Assembly (NCBI GenBank): GCA_000934665.2
Contig: KZ538558.1
Coordinates: forward strand, 1 to 63,019
Direction of reading: 5' to 3'
From: Catajapyx aquilonaris
Taxonomy: Eukaryota
DNA: 63,019 nt
The notes beneath the pieces are model-generated. The model saw nothing but the letters and a program-made list of their open reading frames with translations. It did not search any database and had not been told where the DNA came from. Below are positions 1 to 11,900 of this stretch, one piece after another. The translations under genes and the position numbers were made by a program. Position 1 is the stretch's first letter. Each line of letters opens with the position of its first letter.

Positions 1-95
1 AGGTCATCCAGAGGAACAAGCCTGAATTATTTCCAGAATGAGGTCGTCCAGAGTGATACACCTGATTATTTCCTGAATGAGGTCGTCCAGAGTAG
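1..95. repeat. ~40-bp tandem repeat (at least 2.3 copies, truncated by the window edge)
   Basis: aggtcRtccagag...cctga(a)ttatttccWgaatg recurs at 1, 41 and 80. Confidence 0.7.
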
Positions 96-3000
96 CCCCA
101 CCGAATTTTTGGGATAAACTTTTGAGTTCTGTTTCGACATCCCAAAGACAAAGAGTGGACTATAGAGGAAGTTCTTCCCAGCAATTGAGGTGGAGTGAAT
201 GTCCCAAAAAAGGGGACATTGGGAAGGGTGGGTTTCCTGGGCGAATCCTATAGGTGTCGTCTTCACCTCGGGGGAAATGGGTGCGTTCAGTATAGAGTCA
301 GGGTCGGGAGGGAAAGAAGAAGAAGAAGAAGAAGAAGAAAAAAAAAAAAGGTGAGATAGGTGAGGTTCTTAGCCTTCCCATTTTTGATCTTCCAGGTGGG
401 TTGTGTCGGCAACGGAAAGAGAAGGAGCAGCTGCACATGGCGGAAGTGAAAGAAGAAGCTTCCACCATCCCTATAAGCAACCCAGCACCCTCCAGACCAT
501 TACAGTTGTTTTTTTTTGTGTGTGTGTCTTCGCAGTACCTGAGACCCCCTTCAGCTCAGAATAGTCTCCAAAAGAGGGGGTCGCTCTTAGGTGAGTGTAA
601 AAGGAAAAAGGGTTAGCTACACATCACTTGCTGTGGGAGCAAAAAAAGACGTAACTGCAATGTGCCGAGAGGCTCGCTATTGTAATATTTTTGTACGATT
701 TTTTTTTCCACCGCGTGTATATCTGGAATCCGTGTGACAAACAGCTGATTAGACTTACGGTGGGTATAGGCTGGGGGTTGAATTTGGATCGTGGAGGAGT
801 GATTAGGCAGGTGAGGAGCGGAAAATTGGGCTGATTTCACGCTGGATTGAGAAGCGCTGCTGCCGAGCTGGAGTGGTGGTGGTGGGGGGAGGGGTNTAAG
901 GGGAAGGGGGGGGGGGTCAGTGCAGTGCAGCAGAGAGAGAGTCTTCCTTGGGTGATTGTCGCTTATGCGGAATGGAAGGTGGTGAGCCCGAGGCGGTCAT
1001 CACGCCGGAGCACAAAAGCCTTTTAATGGGCAAGCAGTCGCCTTGAATACCCGTGAAAAAAGGAACCAAGAGGGGACAAAAACCCAGCATGGAAATTAAG
1101 CCATCCTTTTCGCCCCACTCGCCCAGGGGCCCACCACCAACCAACCTTTTCCCATCTAGAGAGAGAGAGAGAGCAGACTCGCGCGACTCATACGCAACTT
1201 CCTCATGCAGCCTCCATTCATTTCTATATACCGAATCTCAACCTGCACGTTTGACTTTTTCTGGCATCCAAAATTGAAGGGATTTTGAGTCAGATGGAAT
1301 CCGGCTCGTGACTTCCTCGTCGCCGTTAACCTTTCGGTGCCCTCGAGCACGCGACCTTATCCCCTTTCGCAACAAGTGTTTTTTTGGGGGGGGGGGGAGG
1401 GGGTGCTGACCGGATGGTTTGCGAGAGGAAGGGTCATCACATACACCCCCATTCATTTCGGGTCACCCTTTTAGAGGCTTTTCAACAGGATGCATCACAT
1501 CTCTCCGGCTTAGTGAAAGTCCGGGCCCCGCAAACATTAATCAGTCAATCAATCTGTCCAGAAAAATATTGGCACGTCCAAGAATCACGTGAAGCAGTCA
1601 AGATCGTGCGTGTGTGGGTATGTACTACGTGTGTGCTTGTGTATGCCCCTCTCTCCACCTCTCCTCCTATAGCTATGGAAGCTGTCATGTGTGATCTATG
1701 CCTCCCTGCCTCCTTCCCCCACCTCCTTCCTCCCCCGCCTTGCACCAATCTCAGGGCCAAGTGAAGGATGAGAGCAGATTATAGGTTTAGAAAAACGGGC
1801 AGAGGGAAGGGGGGAGAGAGAGAGAGAAAAAAAGCGAGAATGTGAGTGCAGGTACAGGCTGGATCAAAAGTGCAGGGGAGAGGACCTGGAATGGGCGATG
1901 ATCTACGCTTGGACAGGAATAGAGAGCAATAGTTGCACAATAGGCGTCCAACTCCACAGAGCGGGGTTGGTGGTTGTATCGCGCGTCAAGGCCGCTTTTA
2001 GCTGGTGCCCGCGGGTTGTTTGCGGGAATCTCCTTGAACGGGAAGGTACGACAGGTAACAGCCGAGGTCAATCTTTTTCGGAGAGGTTGCCCCCCTCCTT
2101 CCTTCCTTTTGCCCTCCTCCTCCTCCTCCTGCCCTCCCACCCTCCTGCCCTCCCACCAATCCGACTAACCACAGGTTGTTAGGTGAAAAGCCCATCATTT
2201 CCCCATATAGTTCGACACAGGCTAAGCTGTGGTTAAGGCGCCTCACACCTCGGGGCTAAGCGGCCAAGGGTATACACGTGAGCGCAGCTGGCATTTAAAT
2301 TGACCCCCTCCATCCAACCGATAGTCCGACACCGGAATTCGGCTTTTCCCAGCATCCATGGACCACCTCGGGGGATTTAAACCGGCACGAACTGGGCACG
2401 GCCCAGTGTGAACGGACCAGTATGCTGTATATACTGTACAAACTCGGACCCCGAAAATGAATGGGTCCCTAAATTAAGGGCCATTTGTCCCGGCTGGATT
2501 CGCATCCCAGTACAGGACGGACAAAGTTCCTTGGACCCCGATGGCCCCAACCACCCCCGCACAATTAAAGCGGCCCATTTCATTTCACTTATATCCAATC
2601 CACATGTGTGGCCCTGCTGTAATATTAACCCACCCATCCACCCACCCACCCATTCATTCAGTCCCATTCATTGTCTTTTGAAGCACACACTCACTTCACA
2701 CACACACACATAAGTAACGATCGAGGCCCCAAGTTTTTGTGGGCGACACAAATTGACCCCTGAATGGGATGACGTCAGCGACGCCTCCGCCAACCGACGC
2801 CCACATATATCAAAAAGGAACACTGCCAGTGTCTTAACACACTCGCAGCTGCGTTCGATCAAACTTCTTTTGCACTTATCAATTTCCTCGCCTGCTCATG
2901 GTCGACCAACGGATGGCCTTAGTTGCCTCCGTATATATCCTCAGGATAAAACCAAAAACGGGGTCTGTACATAATCGAGCCTGCCCCAAGTTTGAGTTGT

Positions 3001-6000
3001 GGCTTCTTATTTTTCCTCCCCACAACCATAACTTTGCCCCCCTCTTCCTTTCCAGCATCCCCTCCATTGCAAGTTTGAGCGTCAAGCGAAGCCAATCCAA
3101 CCCAATGCTATGGATTTATGCGTCGCGGAGGACTAGACATTTCGGTATGGCCTGGGGGGACACGTCACTTGTCTCGGGATCCAGGGTCTGTCCTATATAT
3201 TATTCCCCCTAGGCAGCAGACACACACCGGTATTACGCACTAGGGTTGAGCAAAAGTGTAAAAATAAAACGTTGCCGACCAAGCAATGTTGCACATACGG
3301 CTTTTTTCCTGAATGTCGCAGATGCGGCTTTTTTCCTTATCAATGTTACCTCTCCTGTGGATACCAGGAATAAGGCATCGTGTGAGCCTGAAACCAGGTG
3401 CCTTTCGGCCCTCACATACTCACACATTCCTTCTCTTTGCCCGGCGCCCCTCCTCCTCCTCCTCCCCTTCGATTCCCACCCCTCCGGCTTGACCACCCCA
3501 CCCCTGAAACTGGCCTGCTGGGAAAAAGGAGGGCAAAAAGCGGCGTCAATTAACCGGTAGCCCGGACGATTAGCTTCCTTTTTAATCATAAAAGTGAGTC
3601 GCGTTGATCGGCTGGTCTTACCCCCCACCCCTTCCCACCTCTCTACCACCACCCTCCTCTCCTTCTTGGCTACTGGAATCCGCCCCAACCTCACCTGCAT
3701 ACAACAGCAGGTACACTCCCAGACAAAAATTGCGCAACATGTGTGTGTATATACACATGTGCGTGTCCTAGTTGTGGAGACAACAACGAACGATTGTATT
3801 TTTTTTTTCATCTTTTCATTTGGCCAGAGTTGAGCTGTGACGTCAGTGAAAGTGATTCGCCCTTCATTATTGCAGGTCAACACAGGGCTTGTTTTTTTTT
3901 TTTAAAAGGACATTTTGGTGGCGCAATAGGGTACGCGCGGTCTGACCGTTCCCATTGTTGGGAATCCTTTTACCTCACAGGGGTTGTATCAGCTCGAGTT
4001 AAACATCAGTTTAATATCTGTACGACTGTACGTATTAAATCGTGTTGATAGGAATGGTGGGGNNNNNNNNNNNNNNNNNNNNNNNNNNNTTTTTTTTGTT
4101 GTTGGTGGGTGGGAGGGGGGGGGGTGGTGTGTGGGGGGGGTGGGGGGGGGGAAAGTACAAGGTTTCAATATCTGGGACTGGTTTCACAAAAAATGTACTG
4201 TACTACATGTTTACAGCATATATTAGTTTTAAAAAGGTTCAGTTCCACGGCTAATAGCTTCAGGCTCAGGTATACAGGGAAACAATAGCAAACAATTACG
4301 CTTTTTTAACTATACAAGTAAATCCAGCCGATAAGTGTATAATTGAAGTTGATAATAAATGACAAGTTAGCTCCCCATGCTGGTCACATGATCCGAATCA
4401 TCGCTTTTCACTGGTCGATTAATATCACGGTGATCTACCATATAGATAAAGCGGGCATTTTCAGGCGTACCAACCGCTTCCTCGTGTATGGTACGTACAT
4501 AAACCTCCGAGGACTGGTTTATGGTTTGATGGATCGGGGTGTTTATTTTTCCGGCCGACTTGTTTTGGGTCCGAAAGTGAGAAGAAAACTGGGGCCGGTT
4601 AGTAGCCGGTCGCAGCTTAATCGGCCGCCCCCACCACTAATTAATAATTAATCTGCATAAGCCGCCGCCTCTCCCTCCCACCATCGTTTGGATTAATATT
4701 AAACCGCTTGTTTATCTGACATTTATTTGGTGTAGTTGCGGGTGTATTAACGGCCCGATTAAAATCAAAGCAGCATGCTTATGTTAATTCGACGCCGTTT
4801 ATTTTCCGCTTCTTTTTTTTTATTCCGTTGCTGTGTCTGGGTGTGTGTTATGTTTGAAGATGGTGGGGACTTTGGTTGGGTTGGAAGTGTCCATTGGGGA
4901 GATGGTATCAGGGGTCACAGGGAGGGTAGGTGAGGTGGTGGTGGGGGGGCTGCTGTTCCTCCTACTCGGGCCGCTTTTTGTCGTGTTGCCCGTTGCCAAC
5001 ACAGGTGAGTTGGATTCGAAGAAGGAGGAAAAAATATTTCGAGGAAGCGGCAACGTGTAATGGAGAGAAAAAAACAACTCGATTGTTGTGCCCATGGTTA
5101 ACATCATTGTGACTGTGCATACTGTGGCTCTCCCCTTCCAAAAAAAAATGTGATGTAATAAGAAGGTAAAGATGACTTACCGGTTTGGGGGTCACATCAC
5201 TGGTGGGCAACTGTGATGACCTCAGTCAGAATATAAGGGACACCCCGCGCCGGTATGCTGTGGAGAAAAACGGGCACGTGACTTTTCTGACATACTTTTT
5301 TGGTGGGTCAGGTACTAATGCCCACACACACACACACTCGATGCGCATCACTATATGTTAAAGAATGACTCTACGCAATGATTTTTAGCAACGCACTAGA
5401 AGAGCGCATTAAAAATTGGATGCACTTTTAATGTTTTGCGGTTTGCAGAACTACGTACAAAAATATTGAGCCGGCAACGTTGTGACATAGCAGGACATAT
5501 CGGACAGTACACGTAAGCATGACGTCACCCAAATCCTTGACAATGGCCTCTACGCAGTTGGCTATTTCAACCAATTTTACTCGCATTGTTGCGACTGGAT
5601 TGTTGCTTTTTTAAAGGAGGGATAAGTGTATAGATGATTTTTTTTCTTCTAAAAAGATTTTGGTGTGTGTGTTGGTAAGAGACAGCCGCATTCCTGGCCG
5701 GCTGTGATGGTATCGGGGGGTCCGTTGCGCAGCTCCCTCGCGCGCCTCTCAGACAAGGTCAGCTGTGCCCTCCCAACCTCCCCAAGCCTTGCCCTGCCTG
5801 CTTTTTTTTTCTCTCTCTTCTTCTCCTTCGCAAACAAGCTGCGTTTTCTTTTCTCCTCCACGCGTTCGAGTCTCCACCACACTCACACTTACCAACCTTC
5901 ACTCAATTCAACCCGCGCTAATTAGCAAAAATGCACCAGACATGCGTCATTACAGGTAGTATACTGGTGCACACAATGGAGGGTAAACTGGATAAGGATC

Positions 6001-6914
6001 TTTTCTGTAGCTGCATGTGTGAATGTAGAGGGACACATGTGTATATATGTGTGTGGAGGTGGTGGGGTGAACAATAGGCTGCCCCTCCTTCGGTCGCCCG
6101 GGGCGAGGAGGGCAGCACAAGGACTCCACCTTGGCAGAGTTGCCCAACTTCAACATTTTTTCTGTCCTTAACTATGCAAAATGTCGCAACACTGCAGGCT
6201 CATCCACACACACACACATACTCACCTTGGTCAACAGCGGTCACAGGGTCATCTTCCGGATATTCGGCCGACCTCCGACGTTGCCTGCTTGAATGAAATA
6301 TAACCCTTTTCCTATATACCCCCCTCAACCCACCCTTTTGCAAATGATGAAAGCGCGAAAAAGACAATGGGAAGTATGAGCCATTTGTGTTTGTTCTTTT
6401 CGCAGAGAATTGTGTGATGACAACTCTTTGACAGGAGGTGAAGGGTTGCCAACCAAAGCGACTGACGGCGGATTTGTCTAACTTGATCGGCCGGGAGACA
6501 AGGTAGGCCGCAACTTATTATTCTCTATCTCATCGTTATATGATTAGCATGTCGCCAATATGAACGTGCATTATCAGCGAATTAAAACGCGCGCAAAAAA
6601 ATTTGTTTATAGAGCGTATGCCTTTTTAAGGAGTTAATTAACCTCGCGTGATTTCTCGCACTCTTTTTATTTCAATCGAAAACACTTTCCGAGTTGAAGG
6701 TCGGTAATCAAGCGCTTTAATTACATATTATAGCTGTCCATACTGTACGTCACGTGACGGACCGTGACGTTGCTTAATTAAAAATATCATTCCACCTACA
6801 TAAAAATTCAACGTTAGTTTCATTTTCACACAAAATATTCAGGATCTGCGCTAGAAAAATAATCACTTTTTTTTGCTGGAATATTTGCACCGACTAATTT
6901 TCCCCCTTGCTATA

Positions 6915-7212
6915 TCTCTCTAAGAACTTACGAGTGAAAAAGTCATTTTAAAATGAGCACTTTTTGAGTGAATTTCGACTCAAATTGAGTGGAAACTTAC
7001 TCGAAAGAAATGAGCGGGAGACCATTCTTCAGCATGAGTGAAATTATCACTCAAAATGAGCGATGTTTTTTTAAAGGCCGACCACATCAAATAGCAATTC
7101 ATTGATAGAAAATAATTTTTCACTCTAGTCAGAGTAATTTTGACTCAAAACGAGTGCGTAAGTCAAATTAATTGGAAAGAGTAAAAATCACTCGGCCATT
7201 TTAAGAGTGATA
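6915..7212. mobile_element. MITE-like element built of ACTC/GAGT modules (family D, copy 1)
   Basis: Termini tctctaagaa...ttaagagtgata with internal repeated gagtgaaa/cactc motifs. Related to 8202-8537, which lies in the opposite orientation. Confidence 0.6.
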
Positions 7213-8201
7213 GTTATCGGGTGGTATAATTATTGCTTAATTTTTTTTTAAAGCAATTGTCGACATTGCTGTGTCGTCGGAAGTGCGAACAGTGCGGTGA
7301 CGTCACGGAGCTTCACTCGAATACATGTCGGAGGCCGCTTAATTATTGAAGTTACAAGCGTGCTCGAATATAATAGGTATGCTCTGATTATTCACGTTTA
7401 ATTAAATGCCTAACGAGGGTGTCTGCCCCTATCCAGTGGAGGTAAAGGGAAGAGGGGGCGATGGTTTGAAATTATGGAAATGACACACAAGCGACACGTG
7501 GCAACACGGTCCAACGCCCATCTGATCATAACCCTCCGGCAGCTTAAATCGGTCTTGCTCTCAAAATCCCCCCCCCCCCCCCNCCCCCCCATTTACGACT
7601 CCCAAAGTGCGGCAAGAAAATGAAGCCTCTTTTCCCATCCCTACTCTTAAAACCACCCCTCTCCCCGGAAAATCCGGGGCGATTGCCAGTAGAGACCTTA
7701 TCTCTTTTAACCCCCTGTATATTCAAATCGTGGGTAAGTCAATCCCAAAAAGTTGGATGGCCTGCTTTTTGGCTGGTTGACCCCCTGACCCCAGGAGGAC
7801 GCGTGCCCAGCACCGGCCGTCATTTCGGACCAATTTGCGGTGTATAGGGGGGGGGGCTAATGGGCCCGGGGCTGGGCACGACTTGCCTCCCCCCCCCCCA
7901 CCCACCCTCTTCAACTGTCATGCACACACTATTAGTTACGCAACAATGCGGCGGTTCTCCAATCGTGTAATTTCGGGCGGCGCGGCGGCAGGTCGAGCGC
8001 CTGTAATTCCGTCAAGTGCGTCAAGGTGGCGGGACCCGCGGTCAATTCGCGGCCGCAAATGACGCGCGGTCCTAACGCCCATTACGAAACAGCTCCCCCA
8101 CACACACTTCGCAATTATCAAAATTGCTAATTAAGTGCTGCGACGTCAACGCAGAGTTGCGAAATTGGCAGATATCAAGTCGGAAGACCTTCAACTAACT
8201 A

Positions 8202-8537
8202 TATCACTCTTAAATATTTTTCGCGAATTTTTCTACTCCTTTTGAGTGATTTCCACTTGATTTGAATCCCACTCGTCCACTCGATCTCTCGAATGATTTT
8301 CACTCAGAATGAGCAATCATTTAACTCACTGAAAGAGTATATAATAGTCTTTTACTTATTTCCACTCTTCTTTCGAGTAAATATTCCACTCGATTTGAGT
8401 TGAGAGATATTCACTCAAAAATAGCATTTTGCAATGGGCTCCCTGGTATCTAGGTAATAATATATAAAAATAATAATAAAATAGCATTTTGCGAAATTAC
8501 TCCTTTATGAGTGAAATTTTCACTCGAAATTTTTTAG
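8202..8537. mobile_element. MITE-like element built of ACTC/GAGT modules (family D, copy 2)
   Basis: Begins tatcactcttaaa, the reverse complement of the end of copy 1, and ends cactcgaaattttttaga. Same modular ACTC/GAGT content. Confidence 0.6.
8433..8477 (+). mobile_element. 45-bp insertion with A-rich tail and 15-bp target-site duplication (likely a 5'-truncated retroposon)
   Basis: Exact direct repeat aaaatagcattttgc at 8418-8432 and 8478-8492 flanks a sequence ending in taataatatataaaaataataat. Confidence 0.6.
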
Positions 8538-8772
8538 ATCAATAATATTGTTGCCAACAATATTCCTTAAAGGTGCAACCTGATGCCCTGTCTTGTAGAG
8601 GACTCGAATTAATTTACGACACTATAATTACCAACCAGATTGCACAATTCGTGGCAAACAGAATTTTGCGAATTGTCTGCAACAATTATTGTCAAAGAAT
8701 GACATGTTCCGATTTCACATCTGATAATGTGGCAGGAACTCTATCTGCTCGAACAATTAGTCATTTGGCAAT

Positions 8773-8998
8773 ATGATTTTTTTTACGAGCGCAACCGAGT
8801 GCGCACCTACACTCGCGCAAGTACATTGTCAGACAACAACGTTGCCACAGTTTACTCCAAATTCACACCTGTAGCCTCTCTAAAGTTCGTTCCGGAGCCT
8901 TGACAACATTGCAAAAGTCGGCCATATTGTTGGCTGGAAACAATTTGCACGAACTGTGTTGCGCACTCTGTTGCGCTCATGTAAAAATTCATCTATAG
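8773..8998. mobile_element. MITE family B, copy 1 (~40-bp TIRs ending CTATAG)
   Basis: atgattttttttacgagcgcaaccgagtgcgcac ... gcgcactctgttgcgctcatgtaaaaattcatctatag. Second copy at 59360-60217. Confidence 0.8.
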
Positions 8999-11900
8999 TA
9001 ATGCGCTTATTTGTGGAGACACCAAAAACGCGCAAAATCCAATTAAATAATCGCAACCCGATGCTATACATAGATCATCCAAAGCGTGCAATTGGCCAAT
9101 TTTGGACCGTCCCTAACGTGCAAAAAATGAATGCATTTTTTTTTCAATCCAAAATGAGTGTTCCTCTGATTTGAGTGAGTGTGTACTATGAGAGAGAGGG
9201 AAGGCAGCAGCAGGAAAAGAATGGGCGTTGTTATCGGATGTGCTGCCTTTATGGGTCCACCGGAATTAACGTCAAAGCAGAGGAGGACAAAAAGAGATGG
9301 CAATTTTTTTTTTTGTCTCTTGGGTGTACCCCCCTCTCCTCCTGCCCTCCCTCCTCCCCCCCCGATCGCTGCAATTAGATAGGAGGCGCTGATACTGGCA
9401 ACCCGAGCCTCCAGTCGGACTAATTTGATCTGGCAACTCAGATAAGAGAAGAGAGAAGAGGAGGCTGGAAAATGGCGAGCCCAGCATTTGCTCCCATTTC
9501 GAGGTTTGCCAATTTGAATGTCACTCCCCCCCCCCTCCCAAACTCGTGGCTTTTTCGCACTTATTCGGAAAGAAAAAAAGACATTTCCGGTTGTCTATCA
9601 GTTGGGAAAGACGCGATATTTATCTGATGGGAACGGGAAATTCAACGCCCAAGCTGCTGACATTTGCACTGATTTGCCCGGTACGTTCCGGATCGTTCCC
9701 GTCTGTTCGCACACGTCGGCAACAGGTCAGCGACAATTTTGATCAGAACCCCTGCGTGTAACGACGTTCAATCAAGGTCATCAATGGGACCCTGTCCAAT
9801 TAGCTGTCGGCCATTGTGCGAAGATGCCACACGTTTTCATAATTAAAAGGTAAGACTAGACCCCGTAATTCAGCGCATAATGACTGCGTGACAGCCTGAA
9901 AAATAGGGCGTGAGGTAGGACGCCCAGGGGGGTGCGCCATACATCGTTACAGGCCGTGGTCAGGGGGGTACGGAGGGGGTAAAAAAATGACACGCATGGA
10001 TGGTTGATCCCCTTTAAAATGCGGTTGCTGGACTTAACAATCCTGCAACCTGCACTCGAATATAGCATAATTGAAAGATTTGAGGGGGTAAGTGTCGAAT
10101 GATGAATTGGTCGGTATGACGTGGTAAGATTTAGTGGTGTGTTTCTGGGTTTGAGGAGCGCTAAATTGCGGCAGGGTTTTGGGTCTGGGTGAGGGAGTGA
10201 GGGGTGGGGGTGTTTGTAAACAGGCCGGCATGCAGGAGGCAGCAGAGCCCGTGGGCTTCTGAATGGCGGCGCATGCAGCACGACATGAATAATGCATTCG
10301 GAGCAGGTGATGGGGGGGGGAGAGGAGGACTAGAGAGCACCGTGGGCTCCTCGTCGCCAATTTCCACCTCTGCTCATGTCACAGGCTCTCATCCCCCAAA
10401 CCTCAAGTGTCATCAGCAATCCTTCTAGCCCCAACCAACGCTGCTCATTTACTACGCTAACGGACCAGAAAAGCCTCTGGGACCTTATTTCCAACACTGG
10501 ACCACGCGCGTATTTGCCGCGTCTGCCCGCGCCCGTGACGTCGCACACTTTCCGGCATTTTCATCGCATTTTTTTGCTATCCGGTTTGGCGACCGGTTAT
10601 TCCTGCCTATTTGCACATATTTCACCCCGAAAATGGAGCCATCTGCCCCCTAGTAACGGACAGTGTTTGGCGGAGAGAAGAAGAAGAAAAAACAACCTAG
10701 CGGTACATGTGTACGTATCCACCAGCACCTGACGCGACAAAAGACGGACATGCAAATGAGGACGCATATCCAGCTGGTTTCACTTCTCTTGTCCGGATGG
10801 CCCAAGAACAAAACGGGCCGTAAATCAAAAAAAAAACCCCCGAGAGGATGGCAGGGGTGGAGAGGGGGTTGTTTCTGCGTCAATAAATCGACTCCCTTAA
10901 CAAGATCGGTGTCGCCAAAAAATCTATGCCATATGCTGATTGGGTGCAATCACCACAGCATCTTCTTGGCTGGGACTGGACATTTTGCCACTTGTTGATC
11001 GCTGTCACGAAATTCGTGGATCATTCCATGCGAGGAATCAAAATCGAGCGTATTAAGTTACATACATAACATGATCAGGAGCGAGTGAGTGTGCTGCTGA
11101 AAGAAGCGAAAACATGCGAGGCGTCGCAGGGGCCTCCGGAATGACTTCAATATCGAAAAGCCATTCCTTCCTCCCCCACCTTCCTCCCTCCTCCAGCCTT
11201 CCTTCCTCCAGCACGGCCTCCCAAGTCATTAAAAGCTGGTTGGGATTCGAGACACGAAAGGGAAAAATATGGCGCGGTGAAGAAGGAGGCGAGGGAAAGA
11301 AGAGTGGGGAGTTGGAAGAGGAGGGAGGGTTCATTTCGCCCGAATTTCGGTTTAGAGGGGGGTATGGGGGGGGAAGGGGGATCCATGGCAACAATGGTCT
11401 GGAGGAAGAAGAAGAAAAAAAGAAGTTTCCTCTGGGTGCACACACACACACACCTCCCCCTCCCTAGAATGGAACAGTCCTTGGAAAACCCAACATAACT
11501 CACCACGAGGTAGACAGCGCAAGAAACACGCCCCGTTTCCTCTCCCTCCCCATCCCCCCCTTCCATAAAAAATAAATTTTGGCCCGGCCCATCCAGTACC
11601 TTTTACCCCCATCTCCCCTGGGACACCTCGCAGACTCTTCACCCAACCCCGAGCAAAAACCCTCCCCATCTTTATTTCCTCTGCACCGCCTTTCACCGCA
11701 TGGAATCCCCCTTCCTTATGCACCTCACCTGATGTCTGTGTGTGCGCCACTAACCTTCCTTCCCTCGAGAAAGGAAAAAAAAACAGTACAGGATGTTCCC
11801 CAACACTGGCCAAACCAAAGGAATGAGCATAAACTCTGACTTTGAACCATGGGACTCAAACACCTGCGCTCTATAGAAATCGATGGTTTTTTTCAAGTGG

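Noticed and set aside
2237..2418. Possible Harbinger-like MITE (ggcgcctcacac / gtgtgaacggacc)
   Set aside because: The TIR match is too short and imperfect, with no clear TSD and no second copy in the window.
3233..3883. Longer ORFs in non-coding blocks (also 18960-19577, 24059-24724, 28686-29210, 61415-61936)
   Set aside because: They have no recognisable domains, their translations are driven by simple repeats, and many start at non-ATG codons.
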